Origin: Octopus bimaculoides | Lineage: Eukaryota | DNA: 36,685 bases | Reading direction: 5' to 3' | Assembly (NCBI RefSeq): GCF_001194135.2 | Contig: NC_069003.1 | Coordinates: forward strand, 12,776,817 to 12,813,501 | In this document: one piece after another, positions 11,687-21,814 of the stretch | How positions within the stretch are numbered: the stretch's first letter is position 1 | How the letters are laid out: each line of letters starts with the position of its first letter | Notes under the pieces: model-generated | Told to the model about the DNA's origin: nothing | What the model saw: only the letters and a program-made list of their open reading frames with translations | Databases searched by the model: none | Made by a program: the position numbers and the translations under genes

Positions 11687-12529
11687 AGAAGAAGAAGAAG
11701 AAGAAGAAGAAGAAGAAGAAGAAGAAGAAGAAGAAGAACGTCTCTGATTTAGGCACGGGGCAGCAGTTTTGAGGGGTGGGGATTCATTCGATACCGTAGA
11801 TCTCAGTAGTTTACAGGGACTTTATTCTATCGACATCGCAAACATGAAGGGCACGGCTGACTTCGACAAAATATCATTAATATAAATGATGATGATGATG
11901 ATGAAGATGATGATGATGAGCTTTGTGAGTGGATTTGTTAGACGGAAACTGAAAGAAGCCCGTTGTAAATNNNNNNNNNNNNNNNNNNNNNNNNNNNNNN
12001 NNNNNNNNNNNNNNNNNNNNNNNNNNNNNNNNNNNNNNNNNNNNNNNNNNNNNNNNNNNNNNNNNNNNNNNNNNNNNNNNNNNNNNNNNNNNNNNNNNNN
12101 NNNNNNNNNNNNNNNNNNNNNNNNNNNNNNNNNNNNNNNNNNNNNNNNNNNNNNNNNNNNNNNNNNNNNNNNNNNNNNNNNNNNNNNNNNNNNNNNNNNN
12201 NNNNNNNNNNNNNNNNNNNNNNNNNNNNNNNNNNNNNNNNNNNNNNNNNNNNNNNNNNNNNNNNNNNNNNNNNNNNNNNNNNNNNNNNNNNNNNNNNNNN
12301 NNNNNNNNNNNNNNNNNNNNNNNNNNNNNNNNNNNNNNNNNNNNNNNNNNNNNNNNNNNNNNNNNNNNNNNNNNNNNNNNNNNNNNNNNNNNNNNNNNNN
12401 NNNNNNNNNNNNNNNNNNNNNNNNNNNNNNNNNNNNNNNNNNNNNNNNNNNNNNNNNNNTTATGTCACGTTCTCCCGAAGTTTCTAAATTCTTATGATGC
12501 ATTTTCTTTTATAATATCGTATTGGTTTG

Positions 12530-12952
12530 ACATTTTGGCGCAAGGCCAGCGAGTACGGCAGAAAGGATAAGTCGATTACATCGACCCTAGTGTTCGAGTG
12601 TTACTTTATCAACCCCAAAAGGATGAGAGGCAAAGTCAACCTCAGCGGAATTTGAATTCAGAACACAGAGACGGACGAAATGCCGCTAACCATTTTTCCC
12701 GGCGTGCTAACCATTCTCCCAGCTCGCTGCCTTCGTTAGCATTAATATTGGCTTCAAATTTTGGCACAACGCCAGCAATTTCGGGAGTGGTGGGGGTAAG
12801 TTGATTACGTCAACTCCTAGTGATCAAATGGTGCTTGTTCTATCGATCCTAAAAGAATGAAAGGCAGAATTTGAACTCAGAACGTAAAGACAGACCAACT
12901 AGCGCTAAGCACTTTGCCCGCCGTGCTAACCATTCTGACAGTTCGTCGCCTC
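12530..12952 (-). mobile_element. Two head-to-tail SINE family A copies (12530-12733 and 12750-12952)
   Basis: Each has the GGCACAA/GGCGCAAGGCCAGC tail, the GAATTTGAA(C/T)TCAGAAC B box and the GTGCTAACCATTCT..CAG.TCG head. Confidence 0.85.
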
Positions 12953-13343
12953 ATTAATAATAATATCATATTAATAATAATAATATCTATTAAGGTATTA
13001 GATTTATTATGAAAAGTTTAACTTCACCGCCTATCTCTTAACATTACCGTCAACCGAAACAAATAAATACAGATAAGAATAGATATAGAGATAGAAATAG
13101 ATATAGACAGAAAGAGTGCCAGGCATAGAGACTAACGGTAATGTAAATAAGCTACTGAATATTTAAACAGATAGACATAACTGGTTGTGTATAGGCAGAC
13201 AGAGATGGATATCCAAACATGAGTAAATCTATTTAAGCTGCTAGACACTTGTATTCAGACAGATTGATAGATAGATGTATAGATATACATAAAGCTTACA
13301 CGCGTGTGTGTGTAGGTACTGACAGCCTAATAGATACGTGTTT

Positions 13344-13344
<1 letters not shown>

Positions 13345-13433
<89 letters not shown>

Positions 13434-13435
13434 CG
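13345..13435. repeat. (GATA)n microsatellite
   Basis: Read directly. Confidence 0.95.
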
Positions 13436-13567
13436 ATAAATTGAGTGATACATTGACATATATATATATATATAAGGTCTCTACATGTATATACAGGTGT
13501 GTCTGTATATGCATATGTGTACANNNNNNNNNNNNNNNNNNNNNNNNNNNNNNNNNNNNNNNNACAG

Positions 13568-13647
13568 TCGAAGAACTGTCTGCCTTGCATGGAAGTGACC
13601 CAATTGTCTCCGAGTCAACAAACAGTAAACATATGAATGGCTATTGA
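13568..13647 (+). CDS. Possible terminal coding exon fragment (xEELSALHGSDPIVSESTNSKHMNGY*), unknown gene
   Basis: CAG right after a 40-N gap, then a non-repetitive open frame to TGA. The polypyrimidine tract is not visible and no homology is recognised. Confidence 0.15.
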
Positions 13648-13877
13648 AGTGTATGTGTGCTCGCATACGCACTTTCAAGTGTGTATGTGCGAGCTTTTCC
13701 TTTCCCTGTTCCATACACACATGTATGTATGTATGTATGTATGTATGTCTCTTCTATTTTTTAATTATTATAAATCTTCCACTGAGGAGGGCGCGGGTTT
13801 GTATGTATGTATGTATGGTTCCTTTGTTGGGTAAGCGGTTGGGTGGATTGATAGACGACTAGATGCTATATGGACGG

Positions 13878-14030
13878 ATGGTTAAGAACTTTGCTTCACA
13901 ATCACGAGGTCTCCTGTTCGACACCACTGCGTGCCATCTTCGGCAAGTGTTTTTCATCACAGTTTTGGGCTGACACAAGTTTGTGTGAATGGAATTGAAC
14001 AGACGGAAAGTATGGAAGGCCTGTCGGGAG
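13878..14030 (+). mobile_element. SINE family B, diverged 5' part
   Basis: GGTTAAGAACTTTGCTTCACAATCACGAGG...CACTGCGTGCCATCTTCGGCAAGTGTTTT...CAGACGGAAAG is colinear with 9485-9630. Confidence 0.7.
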
Positions 14031-14254
14031 AATTTCACAATTATAATTGAAAGGTCATATTGATTCTGCCGAAGAATTACATGAAGGCTACACTTGTCTG
14101 CGGAATATTCAACATCACTCATTAATTCAATGAATAGGTCAGTCAGTTGCTTGAATAACTAAATACTGGTCGGCAAAATCAACGGATTTTAATGATAGTT
14201 GAGTGGTATAAGAACAGCCGACGGAGTGACGATCGTGCCTTGCGCATAGTAACG

Positions 14255-14585
14255 GAGTGCCTTTTGGCAAGACATAGCAGTCATTCAGTCATCCTGCCAA
14301 GATACGGCGAAGTCATGGAACTGCAGATTGTGAAGAGGTAACGGAAGCGTTCATTTGAGCCAACGGTGTTTCTAACATTGATGCTGAGCGAAAGAATCCT
14401 AGGAGATCAACGGCCAGGGTCACCAAGCTCTATAAAGAGAGTAACAGTACCGCATCCTTAGGACATGTCGTCCATGGTTGTGTAATCCGCTAATGAAAAC
14501 TTCTTTATGACTCGAGCTCCCAATTCAAACGATAGTATTGGATGGCGTCAGAGAGTCGTGTAAGTCCGTGCAAGCAGCGCCACCG
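14255..14585 (-). repeat. Unclassified dispersed repeat, second copy of 3645-3975
   Basis: Reverse complement aligns to 3645-3975 with several indels. Confidence 0.8.
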
Positions 14586-15139
14586 GAATAGAAAATATAC
14601 ATTCAGAGAATCAAGTAGCTTTCACAGTAAGCTCGCCATTTGGAATCACCAATCAGTCTATGTGGTAATCAATAACAATATTATGTAATGAAATACGTCG
14701 ATGTAGTTGAAAATCTAAAAGAAGCGAGTCATAAATTTTCCAACGAGGAATAAAGAAAACATAAAATCAGGAGGTATGAGAGGTGATGACAGATTTATCT
14801 TTCCGTATGACTTCCATATCATTACAGCCGTTTTGTAACCTACTTCATGGAGTAATAATCTTAGCATGCAAAAATTATACGTACATGTTTACATCAATAT
14901 TTGTCTTCAGCATTATACAATACAATTGTATAACCACAAATTAACGCAACTAAAGAAAACTGGCTCATAATTAAATAAATACAGGAGTTATACAAAAGTT
15001 ACTTCAAGTGTCATGGGCGAATAGAACAGTAGTTGGACAGGCTTGTATAGTGTATGTGATATAACCTGTAATGTAAATAATGTACATAATTCCTCATCTC
15101 ATAAATATAGAACTGTATGTAGGTATATATATATATATA

Positions 15140-15420
15140 TATATATATGAATAATAATAATAAATGGAGCCAAACGCATATAATCAATAAGTTCCTTTAA
15201 TTCCTACATATGTTTCAAAATATATGTGCACCCTACTCAAAAGAAGTAAGAGGTGCTGGAATTGCACATAAATTCATCTTCAGGGAACCAACATACAAAA
15301 AGCACTTTAACTTGGTATTTCTACCTATTAACCGGGTATGATATCCCAGTTTTTGTGATTTTTGCTACCCTGGTAACTATTAACATATTTTCATTATTGA
15401 AGATTTTTCAACTGAGATAA
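15140..15420 (-). mobile_element. Short non-coding HHR-bearing element, copy B
   Basis: Homologous to 20730-20959 on both sides of the ribozyme motif. It lies between a (TA)n tract and an N gap. Boundaries are approximate. Confidence 0.55.
15197..15291 (-). ncRNA. Type I hammerhead ribozyme motif (copy B, same family as 20827-20925)
   Basis: Minus strand reads TTGGTTCC-CTGAAGA-TGAATTTATGTGCA-(32 nt with TCTTACT/AGTAGGG hairpin)-TGCACATATATTTT-GAA-ACATATGT-A-GGAATTAA. Helix I is 8 bp (2 G.U). Helix II pairs at 12 of 14 positions. The 10.1/11.1 closing pair is non-canonical. Confidence 0.7.
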
Positions 15421-16086
15421 TATTAATATATACATAAATCAATANNNNNNNNNNNNNNNNNNNNNNNNNNNNNNNNNNNNNNNNNNNNNNNNNNNNNNNN
15501 NNNNNNNNNNNNNNNNNNNNNNNNNNNNNNNNNNNNNNNNNNNNNNNNNNNNNNNNNNNNNNNNNNNNNNNNNNATATATATATATATATATATATACAT
15601 ACATAACTCCATGTACATACATATACACACAAATGCATACAACCACACATGTATATAGACACGCACACATAGGTATATTTGGCTAAGGCCTTAAGTCGGT
15701 ACTCGTGAGTATCCCTTGATAAACCCTTCATGAGACCCTTAATCCGCGACCACAATTATTTCCTTATTAAGTCATTTTTCTGTCTTCCATCACCTAACCA
15801 AGAATGTTAATATTGAGATCAATTCCAGTGCTTAATTGTTTAATAATCATTAACTTAAGAATGTTATCATTTGATTTAATTAAGAAATAATTCTGTGTAT
15901 GTAAAGATGTAAATGTAGGTGGAATATGAAGGGAAAATGTTTTAAGTTTATAAGAGAATGAAGTATTTTACTCAACGATTAGGCTTTAAGTTCAAGCATA
16001 AATAATTAAATTAACTATATAAATAAGAAAGTTTTTATATTTAATGAGGTATTCCATTAGGAAGAAACATAGGTTAAATTTCTTAA

Positions 16087-16683
16087 ATTCATTCATGCAT
16101 CCATTTTTTTAGTCCACTATTCATGGGGGAGTCATGATGAGGCAGAGTCCACAGGCACCTCCTCCACCCTTCACTAAACTTTCCAGCTATATTCTTAATC
16201 ATGACCATATTACACTATGGGTATTATCCGACCATCTTGTTCTACCCCTCGATCTCCTGCCAGTTGGTTTGCCTTCAAGAATCCATCTTGCGATTTTGTT
16301 CGACATGCCAATCACATGTCCATAATAACGGAGCTATGGTTTTCAATACGAAGAAGAAGCGGCTCCGCCTGGAGAAACTTCCTGCTCCCCGAGCAATATA
16401 CCCCGTAGTGTGACGTTACTCCAGAAATCCTACGGAGGAACACCTTTTCGACTGCTTGCAACTGCGATCGTGCTTTTTCGGTCATTATCCAAAATTCAGG
16501 ACCATAGGTGAGGATAGGCGCAGAAACCAAATTGGAGACAGCAAGTTTGGCTTCCTAACCAACCTCTTCTCTTCTGAGGGTCGAATGTTGAAGCTGGCGC
16601 GCTACTATAGCAGCACCTGTAATTTTAGCATCCAATTCAGCCATCTACTTCCTATCACTCGTGAATACGACCCCGAAATATTT
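16087..16683 (-). mobile_element. RTE-clade LINE 3' fragment (RT C-terminal region), decayed and 5'-truncated
   Basis: Minus translation gives KYFGVVFTSDRK*...AKLAV...APILTYGPEFWIMTEKARSQLQAVEKVFLRRISGVT...EPLLLRIE...GKPTGRRSRGRTRW. This matches RTE/Rex3-type RT C-terminal motifs. It ends in a TGGATGCATGAATGAAT tail. Confidence 0.85.
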
Positions 16684-16722
16684 AGAGTGAGGCAAGTGGA
16701 GAAGTTTAAGTATCTCGGTGAT
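16684..16722 (+). mobile_element. Inverted short RTE RT fragment (RVRQVEKFKYLG) abutting the minus-strand LINE
   Basis: The plus strand encodes QVEKFKYLG, the motif that normally lies just upstream of, and overlaps, the KYFGVVF start of the minus-strand segment. Confidence 0.6.
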
Positions 16723-17851
16723 CTATCCATGAGAATCAAGAAATTGAATTGGATTTTTTGAGTTTATCAATAAAAATATAATTATTCATCTTCCGCCTGA
16801 AGAAACGTTTGCACACGGAAACTCACGAGTAACACCTTATGACTTTAGCCAAATGTACATCATATATCTTCCTTAACACTCCACCCATCCTTGTTATATC
16901 TGATGGTCGTAGACAGTTCTTTCCTTTTAAGAATAGGCGCTGATAATGCCGTCTTTGCCAACAGTCCTTCAGATCATCTTAATAGTCACTTACTCCTATC
17001 TTTTCATGTACAAGAAATATAACTTCCCATCAAATCCTTACCCATTCAGGTATAAACCCTAGATTTTCATTAATTCGAACAAGTCTTCGGCAAATTGTGT
17101 AAAGAATGATATGAAACTTGTTTTGTAAGATCATTCCTTTTTTNNNNNNNNNNNNNNNNNNNNNNNNNNNNNNNNNNNNNNNNNNNNNNNNNNNNNNNNN
17201 NNNNNNNNNNNNNNNNNNNNNNNNNNNNNNNNNNNNNNNNNNNNNNNNNNNNNNNNNNNNNNNNNNNNNNNNNNNNNNNNNNNNNNNNNNNNNNNNNNNN
17301 NNNNNNNNNNNNNNNNNNNNNNNNNNNNNNNNNNNNNNNNNNNNNNNNNNNNNNNNNNNNNNNNNNNNNNNNNNNNNNNNNNNNNNNNNNNNNNNNNNNN
17401 NNNNNNNNNNNNNNNNNNNNNNNNNNNNNNNNNNNNNNNNNNNNNNNNNNNNNNNNNNNNNNNNNNNNNNNNNNNNNNNNNNNNNNNNNNNNNNNNNNNN
17501 NNNNNNNNNNNNNNNNNNNNNNNNNNNNNNNNNNNNNNNNNNNNNNNNNNNNNNNNNNNNNNNNNNNNNNNNNNNNNNNNNNNNNNNNNNNNNNNNNNNN
17601 NNNNNNNNNNNNNNNNNNNNNNNNNNNNNNNNNNNNNNNNNNNNNNNNNNNNNNNNNNNNNNNNNNNNNNNNNNNNNNNNNNNNNNNNNNNNNNNNNNNN
17701 NNNNNNNNNNNNNNNNNNNNNNNNNNNNNNNNNNNNNNNNNNNNNNNNNNNNNNNNNNNNNNNNNNNNNNNNNNNNNNNNNNNNNNNNNNNNNNNNNNNN
17801 NNNNNNNNNNNNNTCTCCTGCTTCCATTGCTTTATCATCGTTACTATTAGT

Positions 17852-18062
17852 AGTATCAGCTGGTAGAATTGTTAGCCCGCCGGACAAAATGCTTAGCGGC
17901 ATTTCGCCTGTGCTTAAGGTTTGAGTTCAAAATCCGCCGAAGTCGACTTTGCCTTTCATCCTTTCAGGGGTCGATAAATTAAGTACTAGTTATGTACTGG
18001 TGTCGATGTACTCAATCATCCCCTCCCCCAAACTTCAGGCCTTGTGCCTATAGCAGAAAGAA
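17852..18062 (+). mobile_element. SINE family A with (TTA)n tail
   Basis: AGCTGGTAGAATTGTTAGC...GAGTTCAAAATCCGCCGAAGTCGAC...GGCCTTGTGCCTATAGCAGAAAG followed by (TTA)n to about 18140. Confidence 0.85.
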
Positions 18063-18078
18063 TTATTATTATTGTTAC

Positions 18079-18129
<51 letters not shown>

Positions 18130-18541
18130 CATCATTATTTTATTTATTCCATGCGGTTCAAGGAAAAAGCTGTTGATTCACTGAATTCATTATTAATTAA
18201 TCACCACCAGAGACATCTACTAATTGTGTTTTTGTTTATGGCGTCCGATAAATGAAACAATGAAGCAAAGTCGTTAATTCATTGTCGTTAATTATTGATT
18301 TTAATTAAATGTTATTTATATTTGGTTTCGTTTGTTTATTTTCGCTTTTTCTACGTTGACACATATATAAATCTGTCGCCCGGTTGAAAACAACCACTAC
18401 CACCACCTCCATCACCTAGTCCCTAAGGAGTTTAGATATACGCCTTATATATGTTTATATATTTGTATAATAATAGCCAATATAAATGTTGGTTGGTTGC
18501 TTGCTTGCTTGCTTGCTTGGTTGACTGATTTGTCCAGTTCT

Positions 18542-18836
18542 CCAGTGGTTAGGGCAGCGGACTCGCGGACATAGGATCGCGGTTTCGATTCCCAGACCGG
18601 GCGTTGTGAGTGTTTATTGAGCGAAAACACTTAAAGCTCCACGAGGCTCTGGCAGGGGATGGTGGCGAACCCTGCTGTACTCTTTCACCACAACTTTCTC
18701 TCACTCTTTCTTCCTGTTTCTGTTGTGCCTGTAATTCAAAGGGCCAGCCTTGTCACACTGTGTCACGCTGAATATCCCCGAGAACTACGTTAAGGGTACA
18801 CGTGTCTGTGGAGTGCTCAGCCACTTGCACGTTAAT
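18542..18836 (+). mobile_element. SINE family C (runs into gap)
   Basis: CAGTGGTTAGGGCAGCGGACTCGCGG...GGTTTCGATTCCCAGACCGGGCG... followed by the 3' module GCCAGCCTTGTCACACTGTGTCACGCTGAA...AAGGGTACACGTGTCTGTGG. Confidence 0.9.
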
Positions 18837-19824
18837 NNNNNNNNNNNNNNNNNNNNNNNNNNNNNNNNNNNNNNNNNNNNNNNNNNNNNNNNNNNNNNNN
18901 NNNNNNNNNNNNNNNNNNNNNNNNNNNNNNNNNNNNNNNNNNNNNNNNNNNNNNNNNNNNNNNNNNNNNNNNNNNNNNNNNNNNNNNNNNNNNNNNNNNN
19001 NNNNNNNNNNNNNNNNNNNNNNNNNNNNNNNNNNNNNNNNNNNNNNNNNNNNNNNNNNNNNNNNNNNNNNNNNNNNNNNNNNNNNNNNNNNNNNNNNNNN
19101 NNNNNNNNNNNNNNNNNNNNNNNNNNNNNNNNNNNNNNNNNNNNNNNNNNNNNNNNNNNNNNNNNNNNNNNNNNNNNNNNNNNNNNNNNNNNNNNNNNNN
19201 NNNNNNNNNNNNNNNNNNNNNNNNNNNNNNNNNNNNNNNNNNNNNNNNNNNNNNNNNNNNNNNNNNNNNNNNNNNNNNNNNNNNNNNNNNNNNNNNNNNN
19301 NNNNNNNNNNNNNNNNNNNNNNNNNNNNNNNNNNNNNNNNNNNNNNNNNNNNNNNNNNNNNNNNNNNNNNNNNNNNNNNNNNNNNNNNNNNNNNNNNNNN
19401 NNNNNNNNNNNNNNNNNNNNNNNNNNNNNNNNNNNNNNNNNNNNNNNNNNNNNNNNNNNNNNNNNNNNNNNNNNNNNNNNNNNNNNNNNNNNNNNNNNNN
19501 NNNNNNNNNNNNNNNNNNNNNNNNNNNNNNNNNNNNNNNNNNNNNNNNNNNNNNNNNNNNNNNNNNNNNNNNNNNNNNNNNNNNNNNNNNNNNNNNNNNN
19601 NNNNNNNNNNNNNNNNNNNNNNNNNNNNNNNNNNNNNNNNNNNNNNNNNNNNNNNNNNNNNNNNNNNNNNNNNNNNNNNNNNNNAGAGAGAGAGAGAGAG
19701 AGAGAGAGAGAAAATGGCAGAGCAGTTATCGGAGGAGTAATACAAAATAAGAAACTTTCGTTAACTTCACGATATTGTATACTGTGCGACGTCTATAATA
19801 ATAATAATAATAATAATGATGATA

Positions 19825-20010
19825 GTTTCAAATTGCTAGCGCAAGAGCAGCAGTTTTGGGGAAAGGGATAAGTCGGTTACATCGACCCCAGTGACCAACT
19901 GGTACTTATTTTATTGACCCTGAACGAAGGAAAAGCAAAGTCGACCGCGGCGGAATTTGAACGGAATGCGGCTAAGCAGTTTGCACGGTGTGCTAATGAT
20001 TCTGGCAAAT
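19825..20010 (-). mobile_element. SINE family A, internally deleted
   Basis: GTCGGTTACATCGACCCCAG...AAAGTCGACCGCGGCGGAATTTGAAC...GTGCTAATGATTCTG. Confidence 0.75.
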
Positions 20011-20729
20011 GGGATTCTTGTGCTAATATTGAATTATCTACATTGGCACAACAGCCTTTGTCGAACCAGCGATGAAGTCTCTGGACGGCCAGAAAGATAT
20101 TATTGGCTGTTCCATGATTTCATTATCATCCCCCACATCATAATTTAACATCCCTTCTTCCATGCTGGGTTGAATAGTTCAACAAGAACCGATGAGCCAG
20201 AGGTCCGCGCCGAGACCCAGTGCCTTATAACCAAAATTTAAAAAGCTGATGTATAAAATATATAATTACTTAATTACATATAACTAATTATCGTCTTGCA
20301 TATTATTATCTTTCAAATGAAAGGCAAAACTAGGAGAATGAGTTTGTTAATTAAGAAAATGGGTTTGTTAAGTTGAGAGTGAAAAAGTTAGGAACCTTTG
20401 CCCCTTATAATTGAAAAATAAGACAACCTGGATTATGCAGTTTTGTAGTCGTCGTCTTTGGTTATAAAAACTACTTTATTAAAGTTGTTCTGGGACTAAA
20501 CAACACTGTAATAGTTCGACCCAACAAAAGAGAGTAAGCATGTATATGTATTTATGTTTCTTGTGTATTACCGAAATCATAACATTCAATGAAATATCCA
20601 AACAGACACAGATTTACGCGCATTTGGAGCGTGGCATATATAATGCGTTAGACTGACACAGGCACAAACGACACGCATATTAATATATATATATATATAT
20701 ATGTATTTAATTATATGTATTTCTTCTAT

Positions 20730-20959
20730 CTTAATGAATAAAAATTCTTCGGATAGAATAAATGGGTTAATAGAAACCAATGTAGCAAAGAACACAAAAT
20801 AACTTTGGTACGTTTAAGATGATTCCCATGCTTTCCCTGAAGAGAAGGTTACAATTTTAATATCACAGATCCCTATGGATCACATAAGTTGTAATCCTTT
20901 GAAACATATGTAGGAATAAAGTATGCAATTATAACATGCGTTTTCTCCATTCCTTAAAT
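20730..20959 (+). mobile_element. Short non-coding HHR-bearing element (Penelope-like pseudo-LTR or retrozyme-like), copy A
   Basis: It shares flanks with 15140-15420 (-). Upstream: GTTAATAG..ACCA..GTAGCAAA.A.CACAAAA. Downstream: ATGCGTTT..CTCCATT. AATAAA lies just 3' of the cleavage site. The 3' end runs into an N gap. The class is inferred from the known HHR-Penelope association; no RT or GIY-YIG ORF is seen. Confidence 0.55.
20827..20925 (+). ncRNA. Type I hammerhead ribozyme motif (copy A) with long helix II and palindromic helix III
   Basis: Helix I is CATGCTTTCC (20827-36) / GGAATAAAGTATG (20913-25), giving 4 bp + 3-nt bulge + 6 bp. Core CTGAAGA is at 20837-43. Helix II is GAAGGTTACAA (20844-54) / TTGTAATCCTTT (20889-900), with an inner GATCC-CTAT-GGATC hairpin. 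GAAA is at 20901-04, helix III is ACATATGT (20904-11) and H17=A at 20912 (GUA triplet). One deviation: G10.1.U11.1 instead of G-C. Folded by eye. Confidence 0.75.
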
Positions 20960-21814
20960 NNNNNNNNNNNNNNNNNNNNNNNNNNNNNNNNNNNNNNNNN
21001 NNNNNNNNNNNNNNNNNNNNNNNNNNNNNNNNNNNNNNNNNNNNNNNNNNNNNNNNNNNNNNNNNNNNNNNNNNNNNNNNNNNNNNNNNNNNNNNNNNNN
21101 NNNNNNNNNNNNNNNNNNNNNNNNNNNNNNNNNNNNNNNNNNNNNNNNNNNNNNNNNNNNNNNNNNNNNNNNNNNNNNNNNNNNNNNNNNNNNNNNNNNN
21201 NNNNNNNNNNNNNNNNNNNNNNNNNNNNNNNNNNNNNNNNNNNNNNNNNNNNNNNNNNNNNNNNNNNNNNNNNNNNNNNNNNNNNNNNNNNNNNNNNNNN
21301 NNNNNNNNNNNNNNNNNNNNNNNNNNNNNNNNNNNNNNNNNNNNNNNNNNNNNNNNNNNNNNNNNNNNNNNNNNNNNNNNNNNNNNNNNNNNNNNNNNNN
21401 NNNNNNNNNNNNNNNNNNNNNNNNNNNNNNNNNNNNNNNNNNNNNNNNNNNNNNNNNNNNNNNNNNNNNNNNNNNNNNNNNNNNNNNNNNNNNNNNNNNN
21501 NNNNNNNNNNNNNNNNNNNNNNNNNNNNNNNNNNNNNNNNNNNNNNNNNNNNNNNNNNNNNNNNNNNNNNNNNNNNNNNNNNNNNNNNNNNNNNNNNNNN
21601 NNNNNNNNNNNNNNNNNNNNNNNNNNNNNNNNNNNNNNNNNNNNNNNNNNNNNNNNNNNNNNNNNNNNNNNNNNNNNNNNNNNNNNNNNNNNNNNNNNNN
21701 NNNNNNNNNNNNNNNNNNNNNNNNNNNNNNNNNNNNNNNNNNNNNNNNNNNNNNNNNNNNNNNNNNNNNNNNNNNNNNNNNNNNNNNNNNNNNNNATATA
21801 TATATATATATATA

